DNA of 36,381 nucleotides from Octopus bimaculoides (taxonomy: Eukaryota), in NCBI RefSeq assembly GCF_001194135.2, contig NC_068982.1, positions 135,547,892-135,584,272 of the forward strand, in the 5' to 3' direction. Both the position numbers and the translations under genes were made by a program. Below, piece after piece: positions 9,561 through 21,445 of the stretch. Below the pieces are notes generated by a model. That model was given only the letters and a program-made list of their open reading frames with translations. It ran no database searches and was not told where the DNA came from. Position 1 is the first letter of the stretch, and every line of letters starts with the position of its first letter.

Positions 9561-9787
9561 GAATCGGATATTTTTATTTTATCAATTCTTAAAGGAATGT
9601 AAGGCAAAGTTAAATTCGGCGGCATTTGATTGACCTTTCATAATGTAGGCTAATTAAATTGATAACAAGATTAATAAACAAGATAACGACTTCAATAACA
9701 ATATAGAACGGATTATGAGGTATTAGCAATGTTTGTTTGCAGTGGTGTGTTGAGAAACTCATTAACATTATATATATATATATATAT

Positions 9788-10078
9788 NNNNNNNNNNNNN
9801 NNNNNNNNNNNNNNNNNNNNNNNNNNNNNNNNNNNNNNNNNNNNNNNNNNNNNNNNNNNNNNNNNNNNNNNNNNNNNNNNNNNNNNNNNNNNNNNNNNNN
9901 NNNNNNNNNNNNNNNNNNNNNNNNNNNNNNNNNNNNNNNNNNNNNNNNNNNNNNNNNNNNNNNNNNNNNNNNNNNNNNNNNNNNNNNNNNNNNNNNNNNN
10001 NNNNNNNNNNNNNNNNNNNNNNNNNNNNNNNNNNNNNNNNNNNNNNNNNNNNNNNNNNNNNNNNNNNNNNNNNNNNNN
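9788..10078. other. Assembly gap (N run) inside a (TA)n microsatellite
   Basis: N run flanked by TA repeats. Confidence 0.99.
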
Positions 10079-10113
<35 letters not shown>

Positions 10114-10662
10114 TATATATATATGCATATATATACATATATATACATACATATATATATATACATATATACATACATATATATAAACATACATACAGAC
10201 ACACACACATATATAAATATACAGTTCTATTAACAAAACTTCTTTAGAGTAGGAACAGAGATAGAAATTCTCCAATGAATCCGTACAATTCTTGAGAAGA
10301 CCAATGCTTGATAGATTTCTTGCATTGTTCCGGCTGCAATAACTTTCAATATTATTCCTATTCCTAGAATCCATTTGGATGAATACTTTCATAAATGAGA
10401 AAGGAGAAAAGAAGAACTGTTTTGCTCAGCTTACGGAGGAATAGGTCACATCTTTTAGTGTACGGATTATTTAGCTTCTTTTTCATTAGATAAGATAAAA
10501 TACTCTCTCTGGTGCATAAATTTTACTGATCGGAACTGGTGCTAATCACGGCTTTAATGATGGAGCTGGAGGGGAAAATGCTTTTGAACACATGATAATA
10601 ATATAATTTTAAGAATATTTTAAAACTGAAATGTTCTAAATTTTTGAGATGAGGAATTTTGT

Positions 10663-10861
10663 ACATTATTTATATTATTTACATTGGACGGATATGTGTC
10701 CCCATCTTGTTTGTTGTTACCACAACAAACAGGATGAGGACACATGTCCGTCCTACCAGGACACCTGATGAAGGCTGGAGATTTAGTCAGCCGAAACGTT
10801 GTGGTAACAACAAAGAAGATGAGAACACATATCCGTCCAATGTAAATAGTGCAAATAATGT
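10663..10861 (+). mobile_element. Penelope-like terminal-repeat structure (family P1, copy 2): inverted tail + partial tandem tail + hammerhead + tail
   Basis: 10663-10726 is the reverse complement of 10798-10861 (58/64 matches). 10722-10752 is a direct copy of the same tail. The HHR motif lies at 10760-10805. Confidence 0.75.
10760..10805 (+). ncRNA. Minimal type-I hammerhead ribozyme motif with intact core
   Basis: gacac-CTGATGA(10765-71)-A-GGCTG-gagatttagt-CAGCC-GAA-ACGT-T-gtggt: perfect 5-bp stem II, palindromic ACGT stem III, GTT triplet, 3-bp stem I CAC/GTG. Confidence 0.75.
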
Positions 10862-10944
10862 GAAAAAAAATTATTATTATTTAGAAAGCAAGTTGGAGGC
10901 TTAAATATAAATATAAATATAAATACATATACATATGTGCGTGC

Positions 10945-10982
<38 letters not shown>

Positions 10983-11251
10983 CTGTTATATATTTCTTCT
11001 GTTCGTTTTGTGACATGAATATTCTGAATGACAGCTAATAGTTTCTTGATTAAAATGAAATCGATACTTTTACTTCCACGAAATTCACTCACATTGGGGT
11101 TATAGGAGTCACTTGGCAACCAGGCCTCGTTTTGGGACACAACACGGAACGACGTAGTTACAAAGTGGGCTTCTTACAACGAGATAGTCTTCGTAGGAAA
11201 CCACTCGATCATTGATGTACCCTGGCATGTCTAAATGGAGTACGAGATAAA

Positions 11252-11318
11252 NNNNNNNNNNNNNNNNNNNNNNNNNNNNNNNNNNNNNNNNNNNNNNNNN
11301 NNNNNNNNNNNNNNNNNN
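11252..11318. other. Assembly gap (N run)
   Basis: N run next to (CCA)n. Confidence 0.99.
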
Positions 11319-11444
11319 CCACCACCACCACCACCACCAACTTGAATTTATAAATCTTAAGTACTGTGTGGTCACACAGAGGTTATAGCTTTGAATAAAT
11401 TAGACTAAAGAGGAACTTCAAGATGTATTAGTAATTTAAACGAA

Positions 11445-11628
11445 CTTTTCTACTCTAGGCACAAGGCCTGAAATTTTGGGGGAAGAGGGCCAGTCGATTA
11501 GATAGACCCAGTACGCAACTGGTACTTAAGTTATCGACTCTGAAAAGATGAAAGGTAAAGTCGACCTCGGCGGAATTTGAACTCAGAACATAAAGACAGA
11601 CGAAATACCGCTAAGCGTTTCGCCTGGG
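11445..11628 (-). mobile_element. tRNA-derived SINE family B, 5'-truncated
   Basis: Minus strand has B box ctgagttcaaattccgccgaggtcgac, then tttacctttcatcttttcagagtcgataacttaagtaccagt (reminiscent of the Meta domain), and tail ...gccttgtgcctagagtagaaaag. Confidence 0.85.
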
Positions 11629-13845
11629 TAAATTAAACGAACTGAACAAGAAATCACAAAGAATCAAACTCGTGTCTTGCATAGTCGATAAGCTCAGGCA
11701 TCATTAACCAAACTTGTTGAATTATCATTATTCTTTTATTACCAGGCTATTTAGACCCACATTAATTATGTTGTATTATAATCAGAGTGTACGACTAATG
11801 TATCACCTTGGATTTTTCACTCTAGTTGCTTGAATTATTATTTGATTATCATGTTATTTAATCCCTAGCCATCTAGGGTCAAAGAGACCTGTGATCAAAG
11901 ATATTCAGTCGATGACTCTCCATTTCTTCTTTTCTTTCAACAATAGTGTTCCCCAGATTGTATTATTCATTGTGTAATTTTAAAGACAGTGGGGGTGTTT
12001 TGAAAGGGGATTGCCTGTTATTACTATTCGGTCTTGCGACCACGTAGGGGCTCCTTTGCTGGCTCATAGTTACTTTAATGTCTAGGTAGGTGGTCAGAAA
12101 GACACTAAAAGTATAGATGCTATATCTCTAGGCTTCCATAATTGTTAATTTAGTTAATCATAATTATGATATCAATTAGTTATTTGTCATTGAATATATT
12201 TACAACATTGATGAACAAAGCCGTTAGATTCATAGCTGGTCAATTTCATATTTCGGAAGCACTTATTCGATTTTTGCCTGATCTTTGCTCTCTACAGACT
12301 GCTTACAGAAGTTGCCAACCTAACAATAATCACCATTCTAAATAAAGTTATGGTTACTAATATTTTACGAACGCTCAGCATTCTGAATCAACGCGAATAA
12401 TGGGTCAAGTTGCTGACCAAGACGAACGGAAACCGACTCTAGTTTTAATAATTTAAATAGCAGTAAAATATTATTCCCTGTCTTAAATTAATATTTATAA
12501 AATCATACTAGTTCAGTCCTTGTATCTGAGATAAGATCCTCAGAGAATGTAGCAGTGTGTATTTTAAAATATTGTTTCGTTTCCTAAAAAGTTCCGAATA
12601 ATTAATATTCAGCAATTTGAAGACGGTAACGGAAATTTATCTCAATATTCTTTTTCAACTTCTTACTGAATTCAATACTGTAATAGAGTCTGGAATCTTT
12701 AACGCTAAACCACATTACTCTTATCGCACCCAAACATCCCTTACTAACACAAATTCTATGGCAATAATGATACTAACGAGGAGGTGCGCTTAAATATTTT
12801 CCGCGGGAGGAGATCTAACAATTTTAGCTGCCGGTTATACTGTTATAAAACAATAAGCTATTGTATCTAACACGAATGGAACAAACCGTGTGAACATATA
12901 GCTTTTTCATTTCTGTTGAAATCATCTATTCTATTAGCCATTTCCGTCACTGCATTTTTTCCAGAAAGCATTCATATATATTATTACTAACGCCCGCGCG
13001 GAGCACCTCAACGAAGAGAAAATTCGCGCGTGCGAACGTCGACGCTCAGTGAGTCGGGATGTTCGCCGCTACTAAGCCCAGCCGGAGCACGCAACGATGA
13101 CAACAGGCAAGGAAGAAATAACACATGTAACAATAGCGTTTCCAAGCATTTAACATTACAAAGGTTTTCAATCATTACATAATCAAAAGTTTACAATCAA
13201 AGTTCGTGTATCGAGAGTCAAGTAAAAAGTTCTTTTACTTCTTTGTTTTTCTTTTCTTTGAACAACATGTAACAACAAAGTTCTCTCTTTTCTTTTCAAC
13301 CATTTAACAAGAAAGTGCTCTCTTTTCTTTTCTGCCAGTTAATATCACAGTTAACAAAAGTTAACAAAGTTCTTTTTCTTTTAAAACATGTAACGACAAG
13401 GTACATTTTTCTTTACCGTAACAAATTCAAATCTCCCACTACAATGACAAGAACTGGCCAACGCAGTCTACTACAATCTGCCACTCACTTTTGCCTGCCA
13501 CAACGGTCCCTTCTCTCTCATTGACTCTATCCATTTCGGTCACTGGTACCTTGTGTCAAAGCCTCTTTCTGTCAGCCTCTCTGTTCATCTTGCTTCTCTT
13601 CACTCAGTGCTGGCTGTTACACACTCATTCTTCACTGGCTCATCGCTAGTACATCGACTGCCCTGTCCATCTGGCTGGTGTGTTTACATCAACTGCTGTA
13701 CACCAACTGCGATTCCCAAATCTATGCTCTCGTATTTATGACAGATACCGTACCCAACAGTCCCTTTTTGAATTTATTAATCAAATATATACACGGAATA
13801 TATTCAATGCGGAATTGTTTTATTCCTGTCTCAACACATGTGCCA

Positions 13846-14686
13846 NNNNNNNNNNNNNNNNNNNNNNNNNNNNNNNNNNNNNNNNNNNNNNNNNNNNNNN
13901 NNNNNNNNNNNNNNNNNNNNNNNNNNNNNNNNNNNNNNNNNNNNNNNNNNNNNNNNNNNNNNNNNNNNNNNNNNNNNNNNNNNNNNNNNNNNNNNNNNNN
14001 NNNNNNNNNNNNNNNNNNNNNNNNNNNNNNNNNNNNNNNNNNNNNNNNNNNNNNNNNNNNNNNNNNNNNNNNNNNNNNNNNNNNNNNNNNNNNNNNNNNN
14101 NNNNNNNNNNNNNNNNNNNNNNNNNNNNNNNNNNNNNNNNNNNNNNNNNNNNNNNNNNNNNNNNNNNNNNNNNNNNNNNNNNNNNNNNNNNNNNNNNNNN
14201 NNNNNNNNNNNNNNNNNNNNNNNNNNNNNNNNNNNNNNNNNNNNNNNNNNNNNNNNNNNNNNNNNNNNNNNNNNNNNNNNNNNNNNNNNNNNNNNNNNNN
14301 NNNNNNNNNNNNNNNNNNNNNNNNNNNNNNNNNNNNNNNNNNNNNNNNNNNNNNNNNNNNNNNNNNNNNNNNNNNNNNNNNNNNNNNNNNNNNNNNNNNN
14401 NNNNNNNNNNNNNNNNNNNNNNNNNNNNNNNNNNNNNNNNNNNNNNNNNNNNNNNNNNNNNNNNNNNNNNNNNNNNNNNNNNNNNNNNNNNNNNNNNNNN
14501 NNNNNNNNNNNNNNNNNNNNNNNNNNNNNNNNNNNNNNNNNNNNNNNNNNNNNNNNNNNNNNNNNNNNNNNNNNNNNNNNNNNNNNNNNNNNNNNNNNNN
14601 NNNNNNNNNNNNNNNNNNNNNNNNNNNNNNNNNNNNNNNNNNNNNNNNNNNNNNNNNNNNNNNNNNNNNNNNNNNNNNNNNNNNNN
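13846..14686. other. Assembly gap (N run)
   Basis: N run; right boundary approximate by 1 nt. Confidence 0.97.
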
Positions 14687-14807
14687 TATATAAATATATA
14701 TATATATATATAAATATATATATATATATGTATGTATGTATGTGTGCGTGTGTGTTTAAGTTTGTATGTATATGCATGTGTGTGTGTTATCTAAGCTGTA
14801 AGTATGA

Positions 14808-14843
<36 letters not shown>

Positions 14844-16060
14844 TTCTTTCTCAGTATGCATTTCCTATATTCTGCCAAAGAGAACTTAACGTTGATTCTA
14901 AATCGAAATATTTAATGCAGCTTATCAGATTATAGACAAATACATTTCATTCTCTAAAACACTAGTCTAAGAATGATGGCATCAGATAAATATTTTTTAT
15001 AAACGTTAAAGTTCCTACATAATGCTGTCCCACTTTGCACATTTTAAACAAAAGTCAGTGATACCATGATCAAAAACTACATCACCACTTTTACATAAAT
15101 ACTCTTTATTAGCAAAATAGCTGAGAGATGATCACTTTACCAAATGTTACATGTAATTTATTACAGTTCTCTTTTTCCTTCTACGTCTCAAATCCGAAAT
15201 TTGATAGATTATGAAAAATAATGAAAAGGCTTTTACTTTCATTCCCGTTGGAGATAATCAAATATCTACCATACATATTTCGAAATTTTCCATTGAGCTT
15301 GAGACAAACAATATTTTTACTGAAGCAACCACAAGGATACAATCTAACTGAGAGGATACGCATCCCTTTTATTACTCAATTTAATTATTGAAATAATCGG
15401 AATATTTAAACCATAAAAAATGCATCCAATTAAGCATGTCCACAAAGGTTTGCATTTAGAAAGTAATATAATCCTTTCTGCCATAGACACAAGGCTTGAC
15501 ATTTTCGGGGGAGGTACTAGTACCTTCCTCCAAAATTTCAAGATAAAGTTGCAAACGATCGAATGCGATCTACAATCTTAGAGGGACAAAAGTAAACTCA
15601 AGTGATCACCTGTAAAATTAAAGCCCATTCAATATATAAAAATAATTCATAGTAATTCAGAAGTCCACTTAAAATAAATTTTACAATAATCAAGATTGAA
15701 CTATTTATTGTACGACTTTATTTAAGAAATTTATTGTGATATTTTATTATAATATTTAATCGAAATAATAACCTTGAAATTTGAATTGAGATTGTTTCAC
15801 TCACGTCTTTTAAACTATTAAGTTTTAGATTTAGGCTTAGATATTGAACAGGTTTGACGGAGATGAAACATTTGAATGTCATCTCAGATTTATATCAATA
15901 AGTCCTTTGAAGCAGTTTTATCATAAATTTCTGATTCAAATGAAGGATATATTTTTATGCTTAATTTAAGCATTGTAATGTAATCCACCAGTACACGCAC
16001 ACACACACACACACACGCACAAAAGACGCACAAAAATACACACACATACATATATATCAT

Positions 16061-16254
16061 ATTCTTTTCTACTCAAGGCACAAGGCCCGAAATTTTGGGG
16101 AGTGGGTCCAGTCGATTAGATCGACCCTTGTATGCAACCGCTACTTAATTTATCGACTTCGAAAGGATGAAATGCAAAGTCGACCTCAGCGGAATTTGAG
16201 CTCAGAACACAAAGACAGACGTAATACCGCTAAGCATTTCGCCCGGCCTGCGAA
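16061..16254 (-). mobile_element. SINE family B, same tail type as 11445-11628
   Basis: Aligns to 11445-11628 along its whole length. Confidence 0.85.
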
Positions 16255-16258
16255 ATTT

Positions 16259-16518
16259 TCTTATTTCTTTATCACCCACAGCCATAGAGACAAACAAGGA
16301 CAGACAAGCAAGGACGTAGAGGAGACGAACAAGGACAGACAAAGGGATTGAGTCGATTACATCGACCCCAGTGCATAATTGGTACTTAATTTATCGACTC
16401 CGAAAGGATGAAAGGCAAAGTCGACCTCGGCGGAATTTGAACTCAGAACGTAAAGACAGAAGAAATACGGCTAAGCATTTCACCCGGCGTGCTAATGTTT
16501 CTGCCAGCTCGCGCCTTA
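16259..16518 (-). mobile_element. Full-length SINE family B with an alternative 3' tail
   Basis: Minus: taaggcgcgagctggcagaaacattagc (A box), ctgagttcaaattccgccgagg (B box), shared body, then a different tail (ctttgtctgtccttgttcgtctcc...aaagaaataa). Confidence 0.88.
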
Positions 16519-16949
16519 TACATATATATTATATATAGTCAAGGATGAAAACGAAGAATCAGTGTAGTACAAGTTTAATATTCCTTACAATTATTTTAGT
16601 GCTATTGTTTCGAAAGAAATTACCTATAAATTATCAAGCATGATGCTGTGAACATTGTTTATATACACATTGTGTAGCGGAGAGGCCGGAATTGTACCGA
16701 ACTTAGTTGTAATGAATATTAAGCTTGAGTTACCTTGAGTCATGGTCTTCTTTCTTGACTTATATATTACTCTACGAAATATTTTTACATCATTCATGAC
16801 TAAGGCTTCTGCTCCAGTTGATTTCTTAACAAATGAGTACAATTCTTAATGTGTAGACAGGCATCAGTTCGTACTGAGTGCTGCATAAGGAATACATCAG
16901 GATTTCATCCCAGGAAAATTTAAAATAGAAGAAAGAGAGAGAGGGGAGA

Positions 16950-16988
16950 GATAGCGGTGTGTGTGTTTGTGTGTGTGTGTGTGTGTGC

Positions 16989-17058
<70 letters not shown>

Positions 17059-17080
17059 GATAGATAGATAGAGAGAGGGA
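16950..17080. repeat. Compound (GT)n(GA)n(GATA)n microsatellite
   Basis: Direct reading. Confidence 0.95.
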
Positions 17081-17260
17081 GAAAAAGAAATGGTTTGAAA
17101 ATCTGGCATTACAACTCTTATTTTCTGAAACATGGTGTCAATCGTAAATAAAAATATTTAATTTGGTGAGATGGTTCAGCTTCGTCATTCCAATATTTCG
17201 TCTGTTTAACGGTCATTTTTATATCATTGTTGAAAATCTGTTGCTTATTATTTTTACCAG

Positions 17261-17381
17261 AGAATGTAGCGACGAGGAATCATTGCTGGAAGCCATTTAT
17301 ATAACTTTTTATGATATAGGATGTCGGTGGGACCAGAGAGGACAGCACAGGAAATATCGGAAATGTTTTCTGAAATGTAAA
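17261..17381 (+). CDS. Isolated candidate internal exon, unknown protein
   Basis: Acceptor ttgcttattatttttaccag| and donors |gtaaag (after 17376) or |gtaaat (after 17381); open frame ECSDEESLLEAIYITFYDIGCRWDQRGQHRKYRKCFLKCK. No recognised homology. Confidence 0.2.
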
Positions 17382-17666
17382 GTAAATAATTGAGATAAAA
17401 GCTGCAATTTAATCAGATATATAGACATTATCCCTATGATATATTTAAGTGTAGTAGAATAGTTGAAACAGCATTTCACTAAATAGTAAAAACATCAAGA
17501 TTTGTCACTCGACGTTTTTATTTCAAATTCCACTAGAGTTGATTTTATCGTCCATTAAAAATGTACCAGTGTAGTTCTGATGACAATATGACTCGCATAC
17601 AAATTCCTGGTTTTATTTTAATGAAAGGAAAAATAGATATGAAAAACATCGATTTTTTTTTTTTTT

Positions 17667-17885
17667 TTTAGCAATTTAACCGGCCATACCAGGTCCAAAT
17701 ACCCTTTTTTGTTTCATTTTCATGCCGGCCATATCGGGGCTCTCACAGTTACTCTACAGTGTGATTCTAAAAATAAACAATCGCATTATGAAAATCTCGA
17801 AGCTACGAGTTAATGCATGACTAATTCAAAAGAATGGGAATAAATAAGAACCCTATGTGACATAGTCTGAATGCTAAATGGTTAA
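17667..17885. mobile_element. piggyBac-type MITE, one end degenerate
   Basis: Right end gaatgctaaatgg-TTAA (17882-17885); left end tttagca(a)ttt is the complementary TIR with its outer part lost in a poly-T run. CC(C)...GG plus TTAA termini are piggyBac-like. Confidence 0.6.
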
Positions 17886-18424
17886 AGAAGCTAAAACTAG
17901 ACCAAGATCAAATGTTTTGAAAGCAAATTTGTGTAGTCAGAAAGAAACTGTACTCAAACTTAGACACATATAATATGGCGTCCACTCCCTTCATCTTTGC
18001 CGATATAGACATTTTAATTAAAAAACAGTTTTTCTTGTTTTAGTAAAAACATGAAGTATCGTAGAGGGTTAATGTGTTGTTTAGTTTTTACAAAATATAT
18101 CTTTTCGAATGTATATTACCTTACATTTTGATATTTAGCCTTAGGTCTTCTTAGCAGAAATCAATATATTTTCTATACGTTAAACCGAAATGAAAAAAAA
18201 AAAAAAAAGAAATCTCGTCTAGACTATGTTTAAAAGAGATTACTACTTTTGTCAGTCGCGTACACCTAATCAATAAAAAAAAGTGGAGATATTTGTACAA
18301 GATAGATGAAGTATTTGACGAATCCTGTCTGCTCAAGACACGCCTTCAGTCGGAAATGATTATTCTCTAGTTATTTGTTATAAGAATAATTTGAAAATTT
18401 CTCGTTCGTTATTTTTTATGTTGT

Positions 18425-18458
18425 ACCACACACATACACACACACACACACACACGCA

Positions 18459-18497
<39 letters not shown>

Positions 18498-18536
18498 CAC
18501 ACACACACACACAACACACACACACACACACACACA
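18425..18536. repeat. (CA)n microsatellite
   Basis: Direct reading. Confidence 0.95.
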
Positions 18537-19784
18537 TTTATATATATATATTTTGGAGTATTGATCTAGAAATTATGCTAAACACGCGAGTCTTGCGCCC
18601 AATATCATCTAGTTTGTAAGTAATCTCAGCGTGACCGGCTGTGATTATCTTTTATAAAATGTATTATGTTGTTTTTACAAACCCATTCACATTGCAGTTA
18701 CTCGTTTGGATCACGGTCTGTGTATTCTTCTTTCGTATATGTGTAACATTCAACAAGCATGGCTTGATAATGATGTTATTGTCTTTAGATATCATTTGTT
18801 GTTGATTTTTTTCTCTCACAATAGTTTTAGATTGTAGATGATCGAAAAGCAATTTATTTTGCTGCTTTAATGATCTCAGTACCACAGTCAATAGATGTAG
18901 GACAGCCAATAGCATTAATAACTAACGTATTTAAATGGTCACGCATACACAATATTATCTGTTAATCTATTCCTGTAGTCTTTAATTTCTTAAAATGCTT
19001 CACTGTGTAATATCTGGCAAATAACGCTCCGCACCAATACTACTAATATGGCTTCAAATATTGCAAATGCGTTAACGAAATTTCGAAAATTTAGCAATTT
19101 CAATGAGGTTTAATAATTATTTGATTCTGCCAAAAGAAAAGTTCATTTGTCCTCATTCGCACAGTTTACACCCATATACTCATACATGCATCCACATACA
19201 TGGCCACACGCTTGCGACTATAATTGTAATCAACGTTGAAATCTGTATAGAAATTACTCCATTATTACTTCTCAATGAAGTTTCAAATAACCTGTAGGTC
19301 GTGACAGTCTGTTTTGCTGTACTGTGAAGGCCTCGAATTTTAAAGACATCCAAATGCATTTGCTTAAAATGCCCGTGTTCTGAAACACGTACTGCCTGTA
19401 ATAATTGTAAGAGGTTTAATCTGATATTTTCTTATACGATACTCACTATATAGGCAACTCATTATTAGTGATGTCTAGATGTGATTTCATCCGATATTTT
19501 CCCACAGATATTTCAGAGTGGTTAGTCTTATGACTCTGTTTCCGATGGACATAATTAGAATTGCCAATGATTTCTATTTGTTTAGTCTGGTTTTTAAAAC
19601 ACTCACCATGGTGTTAACAAATTACGAAATATCCGCACTTTTATGCTTCATCAAGTGTGCCTGAATAAACATCTATCCGATAATAATTCATAAGATCATC
19701 CTGTATATATAGCTAATCCTTTCAATATCAACCGTACAATCCAATGTATTATTCAAAAGTATCTCATTGGTAGTATCATTAAAT

Positions 19785-20010
19785 AAGGCGGCGAGCATGC
19801 AGAATGGTTAGTTTGCCGGACAAAATGCATAACAGTATTTCGTCTGTCTTTACATTCTGAGTTCACATTGTACCGAGGTTGACGTTACCTTTCATCCTTT
19901 CGAAGTCGATAAAATACTGACCAGTTAAGCAAGGGGTTGAGGTAATCGACCATTCCTTTCGCCACAAATTTCAGGTTTTGTACCCATTGTAAAAAGGGTA
20001 TCAATAATAA
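19785..20010 (+). mobile_element. Diverged full-length SINE family B
   Basis: aaggcggcgagcatgcagaatggttag (A box), ctgagttcacattgtaccgagg (degenerate B box), cctttcatcctttcgaagtcgataaa, (AAT) tail. Confidence 0.8.
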
Positions 20011-20635
20011 GATGATCAGACATCTGTAAAACTTGGATATACATCTATTCAATCCAGTTCAAAGAAACTGGATTATGTTTTGGTAAATGCTTCATCATCC
20101 CCTGGATAATGTTTTGGAGACGAGATTACTTTTAACTGATGAAGGGCTAGCTTTAGGGCAGTAGTATTAGGTGATGTGTAGTTGTTAGTGTCTAGCCCCT
20201 GGTATATCTTGATTAAAATTATTCCAGCAGTAACCATTTGATTTTTTTAGGGGTATCTTAGACTTCAATATATAATCTATCATTTGTTTAAAATTCATAT
20301 ACGAGTGTATGGATTACTTTAATGAGATATTTGGCTATTAATATGGTAAATCTAGCAAGCACATAAAACCTTCCTTGTGAGTCCACTGGCTGTGTAGATA
20401 GGGTGATCAGCCGTGTTTTTTCTTGGGGATAAGTGTTCCACAAGTTGAAATGCGACGCTAAACTGAATGTGAAAAATATTAAATAATGGCTTACACTAAT
20501 TTTAGATATATCTTACTTGGATTGTACAGCTGATGTTCGAAGGATTAACTACGCACACAAGTTTTCTTGTGTATTTTGTAGTGAAAATGTCTTCAATGTA
20601 TCCCCTAAGGCCTCTTGTTTGAATATTGGTATTGA

Positions 20636-20710
<75 letters not shown>
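20636..20710. repeat. Compound (CAT)n then (ATT)n microsatellite
   Basis: Direct reading; ATT part ~20667-20710. Confidence 0.95.
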
Positions 20711-21022
20711 GAGCTGTCTTTGTGAATCATGTTTTGTCTCCGTTCAGTGAAGAGCTTGTTGATAGGTTAGGTGTTTAGGGAGTTTTTATTGTTGATTTTT
20801 CTTCTATCTTGATGCAGTACTAATGGCAGTTCTAAGTGTCTGATCAATTCATTTATTTCGTCTCCCACATCGGAAATCTCAACATTTTCAAACATGGCGT
20901 CAATGTCTGACAGCAAGTCGAAAGGATGGTGGAGTGGGAAGTGATTTACAAAATGGTGAGGCGGTTGTCTCTCACAAATACTCCAGTGTTTTAACCTGCA
21001 ACACTTTCATCTCATGTTCCAG

Positions 21023-21160
21023 ACAGTAACGCAAGCACCACCACTGACACCACCACCACGAGCACAACCATCACTCATGTTAGCGACGCCTTTGAGAACA
21101 AAACCAGAGCTAGCAGAAGCAAAAAAATTATCCTGTCCGGCAGCAACAACGATATCGAAG
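21023..21160 (+). CDS. Candidate 138-nt symmetric exon, Ser/Thr-rich (or Pro-rich in the alternative frame)
   Basis: Acceptor ctttcatctcatgttccag|, donor GAAG|gtgggt, length divisible by 3. Phase-1 reading (D)SNASTTTDTTTTSTTITHVSDAFENKTRASRSKKIILSGSNNDIE(G); phase-0 reading TVTQAPPLTPPPRAQ...ISK is also open. No homology recognised. Confidence 0.3.
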
Positions 21161-21445
21161 GTGGGTTGCAAAATTAATAAAAACACAAACATTAACTTAT
21201 TAATCATCAGCAACAACAACAAATGTTGAACCGACCGACTACTACATCAACATACAACGCACCACCAGAAGCAGCAATACAATGGATATTTTACAAAATA
21301 TGGAAGCTGCAACCAGCAAAACAATTAACGGATCCTACAGCATAATTTCTGATCAAGTTGCAACACTTTCACCACCACAGCAATAAACTCCATCGCATCC
21401 ACTGTGGACCTCGCTTCCATTTCCTCTAAAACAGAAGCAACATGG

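Noticed and set aside
13405-13845. Minus-strand IVVGDLN resembling an APE endonuclease GDFN motif
   Set aside because: All frames have multiple stops and no other APE motif is visible.
20136-20200. CTGATGA followed by an AGGGCTAG/CTAGCCCCT stem
   Set aside because: No GAAA after the stem, so the hammerhead core is incomplete.
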